Shown here one piece after another: positions 9,691 to 18,978 of a stretch of 47,947 nucleotides of DNA. Made by a program: the position numbers and the translations under genes. Position 1 is the stretch's first letter. Each line of letters starts with the position of its first letter. Origin of the DNA: an uncultured Bacilli bacterium (lineage in GTDB: Bacteria; Bacillota_I; Bacilli_A; RF39; UBA660). The notes below the pieces were generated by a model. It was not told the origin of the DNA. It searched no databases and was given only the letters and a program-made list of their open reading frames with translations. The stretch is taken from contig CAKOJO010000002.1 of NCBI GenBank assembly GCA_934090595.1, positions 1 to 47,947 of the forward strand, in the 5' to 3' direction.

Positions 9691-9897
9691 CATTTGATAT
9701 TGAATTCTTTTCTTATTAATTAACTGATAATTTTATTTATAATCATTTCTTGAAAAATAATAAATTAATATCAATGTGTTAAGTATTTATAATTCTCTAA
9801 GCAAAGGAAGAAAAAACTCTTCCTTTTAAAATACTTTCAAAAATTATGAGAGTATACTCAAAACAAAGCCAAATAAAAAGAAATATAAAACATCAGC

Positions 9898-9937
9898 TTT
9901 ACGTAAAATTGACAAAACACCCATAAAATGCTATAAT
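9898..9937 (+). promoter_or_regulatory. consensus sigma-A promoter with an adjacent 10-bp palindrome
   Basis: TTGACA (9909-9914), 17 nt, TATAAT (9932-9937). The perfect palindrome TTTACGTAAA (9898-9907) abuts the -35. Confidence 0.7.
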
Positions 9938-9959
9938 CTGCAAGTAAAGGACTGATAAT

Positions 9960-10709
9960 ATGAAGTTAAAAAATAAAACAATTCTAATAACCGGAGCATC
10001 TCGTGGTATTGGTTATCAAACAGCATACGAAGTAGCAAAAGAAGGTGCAAATGTAATAATAAACTATAATAATAGTATTAAACAAGCAAAAAAATTAGAA
10101 CAACAATTAAAAAAAGAATTTGGTACAAAAACTCTTCTTGTAAAAGCAGACATCAAAAATGAACAAGAAATAATTGAAATGGTAAATGAATCAATAAACC
10201 ATTTTAAAAAAATAGATGTACTAATAAATAATGCTGGAATGTGTAAAGATACAACATTCGAAGACAAAACAAAAGAAAACTTTATGGAAATATTAGAAAC
10301 CAATCTTGTAGGAACCTTCCTAGTATCAAAACATGTATCACATCACATGTTAAAAGAAAAATCAGGTAAAATAATAAACATTGCATCAACAAACGCAACA
10401 TATAGTTACTATCCAGAAAGTCTAGACTATGATGCATCAAAAGCAGGTGTCATCTCACTAACGCACAATCTAGCACTACACTTAAGTCCGTATATAACAG
10501 TAAATGCCGTGTCACCTGGATGGACCAAAACCGACATGAATAAAGAATTATCAAAAGAACAAATTAAAAAAGAAGAAGAAAAAATACTATTAAATAGATT
10601 TGCACAACCACAAGAAATAGCTAAAGTAATTGCATTTCTATCATCTGATGATGCAAACTATATAAATAATCAAATAATAAATGTCGATGGAGGAGAAAAA
10701 TATGAATAA
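9960..10709 (+). CDS. SDR-family oxidoreductase (FabG-like 3-oxoacyl reductase)
   Basis: TGASRGIG cofactor motif, NNAG, catalytic YxxxK (YDASK). Confidence 0.88.
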   Translation: MKLKNKTILITGASRGIGYQTAYEVAKEGANVIINYNNSIKQAKKLEQQLKKEFGTKTLLVKADIKNEQEIIEMVNESINHFKKIDVLINNAGMCKDTTFEDKTKENFMEILETNLVGTFLVSKHVSHHMLKEKSGKIINIASTNATYSYYPESLDYDASKAGVISLTHNLALHLSPYITVNAVSPGWTKTDMNKELSKEQIKKEEEKILLNRFAQPQEIAKVIAFLSSDDANYINNQIINVDGGEKYE

Positions 10710-11949
10710 TGAACTAAATATAAAAGAAAAAACTATAAACCTATTAAATGAAGCAGAACAACAAGTACAAGAACAATTCAAAAACCAAGAAGAAATATGC
10801 CTTTATAACAGTATTAAAGTACTAAATGCATTTAAAAAACATAACATATCAGAAATACATTTTAATCAAACAACAGGATACGGTTACAATGACTTAGGAA
10901 GAGACAAAATAGAACAAGTATACAGTGAAATATTTAAATCAGAAGATTCCTTAGTAAGAAACCAATTCATATCAGGAACACATGCCCTATCAACAACACT
11001 ATTTGCACTACTAAGACCAAATGACACATTACTATCAGTAACAGGTTTACCATATGACACGTTACACGAAGTAATAGGAATAAAAGAAAACAAAAGTAGT
11101 CTTAAATCATATGGTATAAACTATGAACAAATTGATTTAGTAGATAATGATTTCAACTATGAACTAATAAAAGAAACACTAAAAAATAAAAAAATAAAAG
11201 TAGTAGAAATACAAAGATCAAAAGGATACTCAACTAGAAAAAGTATTACACTAGATAAATTAGAAAAAGTAATAAAAACAATAAGAGAAATAGATAAAAG
11301 TGTTATTATTATGGTAGATAATTGTTACTGCGAATTCGTTAACAAAAAAGAACCAATTGAACTTGGCGCAGACATAACCGTAGGCTCACTAATCAAAAAT
11401 TTAGGAGCAGGAATAACTACAAATGGTGCTTACGTAACAGGAAGAAAAGACCTAATAGAACTAGTCGCAGAAAGATTAAATGTTCCAGGACAAGCAAAAG
11501 AAGTTGGACCAACACAAAACTCAAACAAAGCAATACTACAAGGATTATACATGGCTCCAAACGTAGTAAAAAATAGTATCAAAACAGCAATACTAACATC
11601 AAAAGCATTAGAAAATCTAGGATACGAAACAGAACCAAAATATAATGAACAACGAGCAGACATTGTTCAAAATATAATATTTAGAAACAGTGAAAAAGTA
11701 ATAAAATACACCCAAGGTATTCAAATGGGATCAGCAATAGACTCAAACGCTATTCCAACACCATGGGATATGCCAGGATACGATGATCAAATAATAATGG
11801 CATCAGGTTCATTCGTCCAAGGATCATCAATCGAAATATCATGCGATGCTCCAATAAGAGAACCATACATTGCCTATCAACAAGGAGGCCTAACATACGA
11901 ATACGGAAAAATCGCCGTAGCAAAAGCAATAGATAACATAGAACAATAA
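10702..11949 (+). CDS. methionine gamma-lyase family PLP protein (YnbB / aluminium-resistance family)
   Basis: TGYGYNDLGRDKIEQVY...SGTHAL is typical of PF06838. ATG 10702 follows GGAGGAG and overlaps the SDR stop by 8 nt; the ORF extends to 10681. Confidence 0.8.
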   Translation: MNNELNIKEKTINLLNEAEQQVQEQFKNQEEICLYNSIKVLNAFKKHNISEIHFNQTTGYGYNDLGRDKIEQVYSEIFKSEDSLVRNQFISGTHALSTTLFALLRPNDTLLSVTGLPYDTLHEVIGIKENKSSLKSYGINYEQIDLVDNDFNYELIKETLKNKKIKVVEIQRSKGYSTRKSITLDKLEKVIKTIREIDKSVIIMVDNCYCEFVNKKEPIELGADITVGSLIKNLGAGITTNGAYVTGRKDLIELVAERLNVPGQAKEVGPTQNSNKAILQGLYMAPNVVKNSIKTAILTSKALENLGYETEPKYNEQRADIVQNIIFRNSEKVIKYTQGIQMGSAIDSNAIPTPWDMPGYDDQIIMASGSFVQGSSIEISCDAPIREPYIAYQQGGLTYEYGKIAVAKAIDNIEQ

Positions 11950-11967
11950 CAAAATTGTTCTTTTTTT
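11941..11967 (+). terminator. intrinsic terminator
   Basis: GAACAAT-AACAAA-ATTGTTC followed by TTTTTTT. Confidence 0.7.
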
Positions 11968-12007
11968 AACTTATCTATGATACAATATAAATGGGGAAGA
12001 GGTAAAA

Positions 12008-12526
12008 ATGGAAAAACTAATAATAAACAAAGAAAAACTAACTAAAGAAGAAATAGACAAAACAAAAATAAAGAGCCGAATAATTCTATTAAATGATAAA
12101 AATGAACTAATACTATGTAATTACAATGGTTGCTATCTATTAATTGGTGGAAAAGTCGAAGATCAAGAAACAGTAAAAGAAGCAGCCTTAAGAGAGGCAC
12201 AAGAAGAAATCGGAGTAGTTCTAAATGAAAACGATCTTGATGACTTCATTCTAATTGAACACTATCAAAAAAACTATCCCACAAGAGATAACAAAATTAA
12301 AAATAATCTTTTAATAACATATTACTTTATATCAAAAAAGAAAGTAGAAATAGAAAACGATAAAATAACCCTTTCAGAAAGTGAAAAAAAGCAAAACTTC
12401 AAACTAATTCAAGCATCACCAAAAGAAATAATACAACTATTAGAAAGAAATAATACACAAAATCCCAGAGCAGTATACTACGAAGAAGAGTTACAAGAAG
12501 TTCTACAAAGATTAAAAACGAAATAA
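12008..12526 (+). CDS. Nudix hydrolase
   Basis: Nudix box GKVEDQETVKEAALREAQEEIGV. Confidence 0.88.
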   Translation: MEKLIINKEKLTKEEIDKTKIKSRIILLNDKNELILCNYNGCYLLIGGKVEDQETVKEAALREAQEEIGVVLNENDLDDFILIEHYQKNYPTRDNKIKNNLLITYYFISKKKVEIENDKITLSESEKKQNFKLIQASPKEIIQLLERNNTQNPRAVYYEEELQEVLQRLKTK

Positions 12527-12546
12527 GTTCAAACGAACTTTTTTTC
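12525..12546 (+). terminator. intrinsic terminator
   Basis: AAGTTC-AAAC-GAACTT followed by TTTTTT. Confidence 0.7.
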
Positions 12547-12587
12547 TTTTTAAAAACTGTGCTATAATTATAAGGGAGGTACTAAAT

Positions 12588-14957
12588 ATGATAAATCTAG
12601 ACAACATACAAAACGAAACAATAATAATTTGTGAGCAAGAAACCAAAAAACAAATATTAAAACAACTAACTAAAGAACAAAAACTCTTAAATATAAAACT
12701 ATTAACAAAAAAAGAATTAATTAATAAACTATACTTTTCATATGACTTAAATGGCATACTATACTTAATGGAAAAATATAATTACAAATATGAAGTAGCA
12801 ACAATGTACTTAGACAATTTAATATATATCGAAGATAAAACCTACAAAAATGAGAAGTTAAAACACTTACAAGTTCTAAAAAATGAGTTGGAAGAACAAA
12901 AACTCTTACTTAAAGACAATAATTTCCAAAATCTAATCAAAGAAAAAGATATAATCTTCTATCACTATGACTATTTAACATCATTCGATAAAAAGATAAT
13001 AAATGACTTAAAAGAAATATCAAACGTCAAAATAATAGGTAAAACTTATAAAAACTACCAACCAAAAATCTATGAACTAAAAACAATTGATGAAGAAATA
13101 GAATTCGTAGCGGACGAAATATCAAAACTAATTGAAAACAACACTCCAATAAATAATATAAAACTAACTAATCTTGACGATTCATATCTAAAAAAACTAG
13201 AAATGACATTTGATCTATACAATCTACCATTACAACAACTTACAAAAACATCAATTTATGAAACTGAAATAGGTCAAACATTCATAAAAAACTATCAAGA
13301 AGACATAGAAAAAACAATAGATTTACTAAATAATAAGTACAAAGATAAAGATACTATCAATAAAATAATAAACATATTAAATAAATACATAAAAATAAAT
13401 AATTTCACAAAAGTAAAAGATTTAATAATTCATGACTTAAAAACCACTTATACAAAACAATCAAAACTAAAAAATCAAATAGAAGTCATAGACTACAACA
13501 ACCAAATAGAAGACACTAACTTTGTTTTTATGCTAAACTTTAATCAAAAAAGTATTCCCAATCTAAAAAAAGATGAGGACTATTTAACAGACAATCTAAA
13601 AGAAGAACTAAATCTAAATACTACATTAGAACTAAATAAAATGATTAAACAAAGTACTATTAAAAACATTCAAAATATAAAAAATCTAACAATTACATAT
13701 AAAACACAAGATGGTAAACAAGAATGCTATCCATCAGCATTAAAAGAAGAACTAAATATTGAAACACAAAAACCAAATAAAGACATAAAAATAAGTTATT
13801 CTACTATAAATAATAAACTAAAACTAGCAAAAAAATTAGATAACTACACAAAATACAACACAGTAGATGAAGAATTAAAAATATTAAATAATAACTATGA
13901 AATACCATACCAAAAATATGATAATAACTATACAGGTATAAATAAAAAAGAAATGTACGACTTTCTAGAAGGCAAACTAAATCTATCATACACAAAGATG
14001 GATACATACAATAAATGTGCATTCGCATACTACATAGCAAATATATTAAAACTAGATCCATATGAAAAAAACATATCAGCAACATTTGGAAGTATATTTC
14101 ATTATTGCTTAGAAAAAGGCTTAAAAGAAGAAATAGATATTAACACAACTGTTGATAACTATATAAAAGAAAATAATTATGAATTCACAAGCAAAGAACA
14201 ACACTTTATAGAAAAAATAAAACAAGAAATAGATTTTGCCATAAAAACTATAAAAGAACAAACTAAATATCAAAGCCTAAACAATCTTTTAACAGAGCAA
14301 GAAGTAACAATAGAAAAAAATAAAAATCTAAAAGTTACATTCAAAGGTATTATTGATAAAATCCTATACAATGAAGAAAACGAAGTAGCAATAATAGATT
14401 ATAAAACAGGAAACACAGACATAAAACTAGATTTAGTGGACTATGGTCTATCTATGCAATTACCAGTTTACCTATATCTAGCAAGCAATCTAGAAAAAAT
14501 AAAAAACCCAACATTCGCAGGCTTCTATCTTCAACAAGTACTCCATCCAGAAATAATACGAAAAAATAACAAGACATACGAAGAACAAAAACTAGATAAT
14601 CTAAAACTAAATGGATACAGCAATGAAGATAAAAATATAATAGAAAAATTTGATAATACCTATGAAAACAGTCAATTAATCAAAGGTTTAAAAACAACAA
14701 AAACAGGTAACTTTGACTCTAGATCAAAAACGATAACAAACGATCAAATTAAAGAATTAATTACAAAAACAGATCAAATAATAGATAAAACAATAAGTGA
14801 AATTGAAGAATCAAACTTTGAAATAAACCCAAAAATAATAAATGGAATAAATAAATCGTGTGAATATTGTAAATATAAAGACCTATGCTTTAAAACACCC
14901 AAAAATAATATTTACATCAAAATAGAAAAGGAGGAGCAAAATGAACTGGACTCTTGA
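12588..14957 (+). CDS. addB: ATP-dependent helicase/nuclease subunit B (AddB/RexB), short form
   Basis: C-terminal PD-(D/E)xK nuclease (IIDKILY...IIDYKTG) with four Cys (CAFAYY ... CEYCKYKDLC) forming the AddB iron-staple. Overlaps addA by 17 nt. No N-terminal Walker A seen. Confidence 0.88.
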   Translation: MINLDNIQNETIIICEQETKKQILKQLTKEQKLLNIKLLTKKELINKLYFSYDLNGILYLMEKYNYKYEVATMYLDNLIYIEDKTYKNEKLKHLQVLKNELEEQKLLLKDNNFQNLIKEKDIIFYHYDYLTSFDKKIINDLKEISNVKIIGKTYKNYQPKIYELKTIDEEIEFVADEISKLIENNTPINNIKLTNLDDSYLKKLEMTFDLYNLPLQQLTKTSIYETEIGQTFIKNYQEDIEKTIDLLNNKYKDKDTINKIINILNKYIKINNFTKVKDLIIHDLKTTYTKQSKLKNQIEVIDYNNQIEDTNFVFMLNFNQKSIPNLKKDEDYLTDNLKEELNLNTTLELNKMIKQSTIKNIQNIKNLTITYKTQDGKQECYPSALKEELNIETQKPNKDIKISYSTINNKLKLAKKLDNYTKYNTVDEELKILNNNYEIPYQKYDNNYTGINKKEMYDFLEGKLNLSYTKMDTYNKCAFAYYIANILKLDPYEKNISATFGSIFHYCLEKGLKEEIDINTTVDNYIKENNYEFTSKEQHFIEKIKQEIDFAIKTIKEQTKYQSLNNLLTEQEVTIEKNKNLKVTFKGIIDKILYNEENEVAIIDYKTGNTDIKLDLVDYGLSMQLPVYLYLASNLEKIKNPTFAGFYLQQVLHPEIIRKNNKTYEEQKLDNLKLNGYSNEDKNIIEKFDNTYENSQLIKGLKTTKTGNFDSRSKTITNDQIKELITKTDQIIDKTISEIEESNFEINPKIINGINKSCEYCKYKDLCFKTPKNNIYIKIEKEEQNELDS

Positions 14958-17900
14958 ACAAGAACAAGCAATAAATGAAGACGGAAAAAACATCATTGTA
15001 TCCGCTGGTGCTGGATCAGGAAAAACTGCAGTGCTATCAGAAAGAGTAATAAGAAAACTAAAACAAAAAGTAAACATAAATGAACTCCTTATTCTAACAT
15101 TCACCAATGCCGCTGCCGCAGAAATGAAAGACAGAATAAGAAAAAAAATAAAAAAAGATCCATCACTAAAAGACCAATTAGACTATCTTGAACAAGCATA
15201 CATAACAACATTCGATAGTTACGCTTTATCAGTAGTAAAAAAATATAACTACTTACTAAATATTCCTAAAAACATAAAACCTACAGATAGTATTATTATA
15301 AATATAAAGAAAAAGCAAATACTAAACGACATCTTAGAAAACCTGTACAAAGAAAAAAATGAAAAATTTCTAAATCTAATAGATAGCTTTTGTATTAAAA
15401 ATGATGATGAAATAACAACTGCAATACTAAAAATAACATCATCATTAGATAAGAAGTATGATAAAGAAGAATATCTAAATACTTATATAGAAAACTATTA
15501 CAATGAAAAAACTATAAATGAAAACATAAAAAAATATACAGACAATCTAATTGAACTTGAACAAGAAATAGAAGACACTTTCTATGAACTTGAACAATAT
15601 CTAGACACAGATTACTATGAAAAATGCGCAGACATCCTAAATAAAATATTTAATCCAAAAAACTACAATGATCTTTTAAGAGTAAACAATCTTTCAAGAC
15701 TTCCAAATCTTCCTAAAGACTCACCTGAAGAAGCAAAAAAACTAAAAAAACAATTATCAGAAAAGATAAAACAGTTAAAAAATAAACTAAAATACAAAGA
15801 TCAAGAAGAATTAAAACAAGGAATCATAAAAACAAAAGACCACGTAGAAATATTGATTGATATAATAAAAGAACTAGACAAACAAATAACAAAATACAAA
15901 GAAGAAAACAGTGCTTATGAATTCGATGATATAGCAAAAATGGCCATAAAAGTAGTAAAAGAAAACCCAAATATAAAAGAAGAACTAAAATACACATACA
16001 ATGAAATAATGGTAGATGAGTACCAAGATACAAGTGATCTTCAAGAAACATTCCTAAAACTAATAGAAAATAACAACATATATATGGTCGGAGATATAAA
16101 ACAATCAATATATAGATTTAGAAATGCTAACCCAGATATCTTTAAACAAAAATATGAAGATTACAAAAATAATATAAATGGTTATAAAATAGACTTAGTA
16201 AAAAACTTTAGATCAAGAAAAGAAGTGTTAAACAATATAAATGAAATATTCAATCTCATCATGGATAAAGAAATCGGTGGAGCAGACTATGAACAAACAC
16301 ATCAAATGGTCTTTGGAAATAATACCTATGAAGAAAACAAAGAAAATCAAAACTATGATTTAGAAATATATAACTATGAAGAAGATAAAAACTATACAAA
16401 AGAAGAAATCGAAGCATTTATAATCGCACAAGACATCAAAGATAAAATTAAAAATAAATATCAAGTACTAAAAGAGGGCAAACTACAAGATGCATCATAT
16501 GAAGACTTCTGCATAATAATGGATCGTGGAACAGCTTTTCAAACCTATAAAAAAATATTTGAATACATGCAAATACCACTACTAGTAATGCAAGACGAAG
16601 AAATGACCTCAAAAGAAGACATTCTAGTTCTAAAAAACATTATTACATTAATTACAAAAATAAAAGAAAATAAACTAGACAAAGAAGCAAAATATTGCTA
16701 CACAAGCATTGCCAGAAGCTTCCTTGAAGAACAACCTGATAACGATATCTTTGAAACATTAAAAGAAGACAAATTAAAAGAAACTAAAATATACAATATA
16801 TGCAAAGAAATAGCACAAGATATTGAAAGCAAAAGTATAGAAAATGTAATAAACCAAATACTAAAAGAATTTAACTTCTACGAAAAAATTATAAGGATAG
16901 GTAATATAAACGACTCTATAATAAGAATAGAGAAAACAAAAGAAATGGCAAACAATCTATCAAGCCTTGGCTATACACTAAACGATTTCATTGAATACTT
17001 AAACCAAGTAATTGAATCAAAAGAGGCTATAAAATATCAACTACCAGTCGAAGATACAAAAAGTGTCAAACTAATGAATATTCATAAATCAAAAGGACTA
17101 GAATTTTCAATATGCTACTTTTCAGGACTACACAAACCATTCAATAAACAAGACATAAAAGAAAGATTCATCTATGATAATGAATATGGAATAATAACAC
17201 CATACTTCGACGAAGGAATAACTGAAACAATATTAAAAGACTTAGTAATTAATAAATACAATCAAGAAGACATATCAGAAAGAATTAGACTCTTATATGT
17301 AGATGTAACAAGAGCAAAAGAAAAAATGATAATCGTAACAAGCCTAAAAGACGAACAAGAACCATATCAAAAAACACTACTTGATCAAAGTATAAGAAAA
17401 AAATATAAATCATTCCAAGATATAATAAACTCAATAAAACAAAATCTAGTAAAATATATAAAAAATATAGATCTAGAACAAGTGCCATTATCAAAAGATT
17501 ACCAAATAAAAAATGAAAACAAAGAACTAAAAGAAAATACTAATATAAAAATAAAAGAAATAAAACTAAATATAGAAAATAACCAAATCGAAGAACAAAA
17601 AGCATCAAAGAATATCAAAAAAATATTAACAAAAGAAGAAATATCAAACATGGAATATGGTACTAAAATGCACGAACTATTTGAAATAACCGATTTCCAT
17701 AAAGAAACACAAAATCAAAACATAAAAAAACTAATAGACAAACTTGATATAAAAGATGCCAAAATATATAAAGAACATGAATTTATATTTAGTGATGAAA
17801 CAAATGAATATCATGGTATAATAGACCTAATATTAGAGTATAAAGACAAAATAAAAATAATAGACTATAAACTACAAAATACTAAAGATGATGCCTATTT

Positions 17901-18015
17901 AAATCAATTACAAACATATAAAAAATACATAAACCAAATATCAGATAAAAAAGTACAACTATATCTATACTCTATATTAAAAGATGAACTAGTAGAGTTA
18001 AAGGAGGAAAAATGA
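14941..18015 (+). CDS. addA: ATP-dependent helicase/nuclease subunit A (AddA/RexA)
   Basis: UvrD motifs SAGAGSGKT, VDEYQDTS, GDIKQSIYRFRNA, NFRS, HKSKGLEF, LLYVDVTRAK. C-terminal RecB-type nuclease GIIDLILEY...IIDYK. Confidence 0.95.
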   Translation: MNWTLEQEQAINEDGKNIIVSAGAGSGKTAVLSERVIRKLKQKVNINELLILTFTNAAAAEMKDRIRKKIKKDPSLKDQLDYLEQAYITTFDSYALSVVKKYNYLLNIPKNIKPTDSIIINIKKKQILNDILENLYKEKNEKFLNLIDSFCIKNDDEITTAILKITSSLDKKYDKEEYLNTYIENYYNEKTINENIKKYTDNLIELEQEIEDTFYELEQYLDTDYYEKCADILNKIFNPKNYNDLLRVNNLSRLPNLPKDSPEEAKKLKKQLSEKIKQLKNKLKYKDQEELKQGIIKTKDHVEILIDIIKELDKQITKYKEENSAYEFDDIAKMAIKVVKENPNIKEELKYTYNEIMVDEYQDTSDLQETFLKLIENNNIYMVGDIKQSIYRFRNANPDIFKQKYEDYKNNINGYKIDLVKNFRSRKEVLNNINEIFNLIMDKEIGGADYEQTHQMVFGNNTYEENKENQNYDLEIYNYEEDKNYTKEEIEAFIIAQDIKDKIKNKYQVLKEGKLQDASYEDFCIIMDRGTAFQTYKKIFEYMQIPLLVMQDEEMTSKEDILVLKNIITLITKIKENKLDKEAKYCYTSIARSFLEEQPDNDIFETLKEDKLKETKIYNICKEIAQDIESKSIENVINQILKEFNFYEKIIRIGNINDSIIRIEKTKEMANNLSSLGYTLNDFIEYLNQVIESKEAIKYQLPVEDTKSVKLMNIHKSKGLEFSICYFSGLHKPFNKQDIKERFIYDNEYGIITPYFDEGITETILKDLVINKYNQEDISERIRLLYVDVTRAKEKMIIVTSLKDEQEPYQKTLLDQSIRKKYKSFQDIINSIKQNLVKYIKNIDLEQVPLSKDYQIKNENKELKENTNIKIKEIKLNIENNQIEEQKASKNIKKILTKEEISNMEYGTKMHELFEITDFHKETQNQNIKKLIDKLDIKDAKIYKEHEFIFSDETNEYHGIIDLILEYKDKIKIIDYKLQNTKDDAYLNQLQTYKKYINQISDKKVQLYLYSILKDELVELKEEK

Positions 18016-18914
18016 AAAAACAAAACGAAATACTAATCCATTTAATATCATTCATAGGAATAACAACCGGAGCATTACTTGCAGCGTTCTCGATCCAAAC
18101 ATTCTTATCACCAAACATGATTCTAGATGGGGGAGTAATAGGAATCTCAATGATAGTGAGCAAACTAACCAATATCTCACTTAGCATATTTACAATAATA
18201 CTAAACATTCCATTCTTATTAATTGGATACAAAAACTTAGGAAAAAAATTCTTAATAAAAGCAGTCTACGCAATGCTAATATTCTCATGCTTTCTAACCA
18301 TGTTCTCAAATGTAAATGAATTAACAGATGATATCTTACTTGCAACAATATATGGAGGAATAATTCTAGGAATCGGAGTAGGCTTAGTAATAAGAAGTGG
18401 TGGATGCCTTGATGGCACAGAATCCGTTGCTATAATAATAAATAAAAACACATCCTTCTCAACAGGACAAATAATAATGCTATTTAATATATTTATATAT
18501 CTAACTGCAGGAGCTCTATTTGGACTAGATAAAGCATTATATTCACTTTTAATGTACTTCATAACATTTAAAATAATAGACTTAGTAAGCGAAGGATTAG
18601 AACAAGCAAAAGCAGCAATGATAATAACAGAACAAGGATCACAAATAGCAAAAGAAATATATAATAAACTTGGTAGAACCGCAACATTAATCGAAGGAAA
18701 CGGTTTAGTAAGCGGGAAAAAAGACATACTATACTGTGTACTAACAAGAATGGAAATATCACAACTAAGAACAATAGTAAACAGTAAAGATGAAACCGCA
18801 TTCGTTACAATAACCGAAGTATCTGAAATAATCGGAGACCATATAAAATCAAACAAAAAAATAAAACAAGTAAGAAAAAACATCAAAGAAATAAAAAATG
18901 ACAAAGGAGACTAA
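18012..18914 (+). CDS. YitT-family membrane protein (DUF2179 C-terminal domain)
   Basis: LDGGVIGIS and GGCLDGTE motifs plus the C-terminal DUF2179-like region. The ATG overlaps the addA stop (ATGA). Confidence 0.85.
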   Translation: MKKQNEILIHLISFIGITTGALLAAFSIQTFLSPNMILDGGVIGISMIVSKLTNISLSIFTIILNIPFLLIGYKNLGKKFLIKAVYAMLIFSCFLTMFSNVNELTDDILLATIYGGIILGIGVGLVIRSGGCLDGTESVAIIINKNTSFSTGQIIMLFNIFIYLTAGALFGLDKALYSLLMYFITFKIIDLVSEGLEQAKAAMIITEQGSQIAKEIYNKLGRTATLIEGNGLVSGKKDILYCVLTRMEISQLRTIVNSKDETAFVTITEVSEIIGDHIKSNKKIKQVRKNIKEIKNDKGD

Positions 18915-18978
18915 TAATCTTCTTTTTAATTTAAGTAAAATGTGATATAATCAACATAGAATAAAAGAGGTGAAAAAA

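Noticed and set aside
10681-10701. Upstream ATG (10681) as the start of the YnbB-like gene. Similar most-upstream starts exist at 3912, 6472, 6649, 18970, 22089, 22220, 37443, 39581, 39589, 42872, 42922 and 44891.
   Set aside because: In most of these cases a downstream start is preceded at 4-8 nt by a GGAGG/GAGGTGA-type RBS and gives an N-terminus typical of the family, while the upstream starts lack an RBS or overlap it. For 22089 and 22220 the downstream RBS is weak or distant, so the call rests mainly on the N-terminus and on the upstream start lacking an RBS. For 42872 no candidate start has an RBS, and that start remains uncertain. None of these starts is proven.
18266-18904. Long antisense ORFs. 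Examples: 212 aa opposite yitT; also 828-1208, 4120-4398, 28543-28956, 29281-29610, 30349-30702, 33309-33608, 37082-37363, 39960-40232, 40539-40778, and the many 60-110-aa minus-strand ORFs inside addB, addA, xfp and the ABC permease.
   Set aside because: All lie opposite well-supported genes, have no RBS, and encode low-complexity L/F/S/I-rich sequences. They are expected by-products of the extreme A-bias of the coding strand, since few stop codons arise on the T-rich complement.
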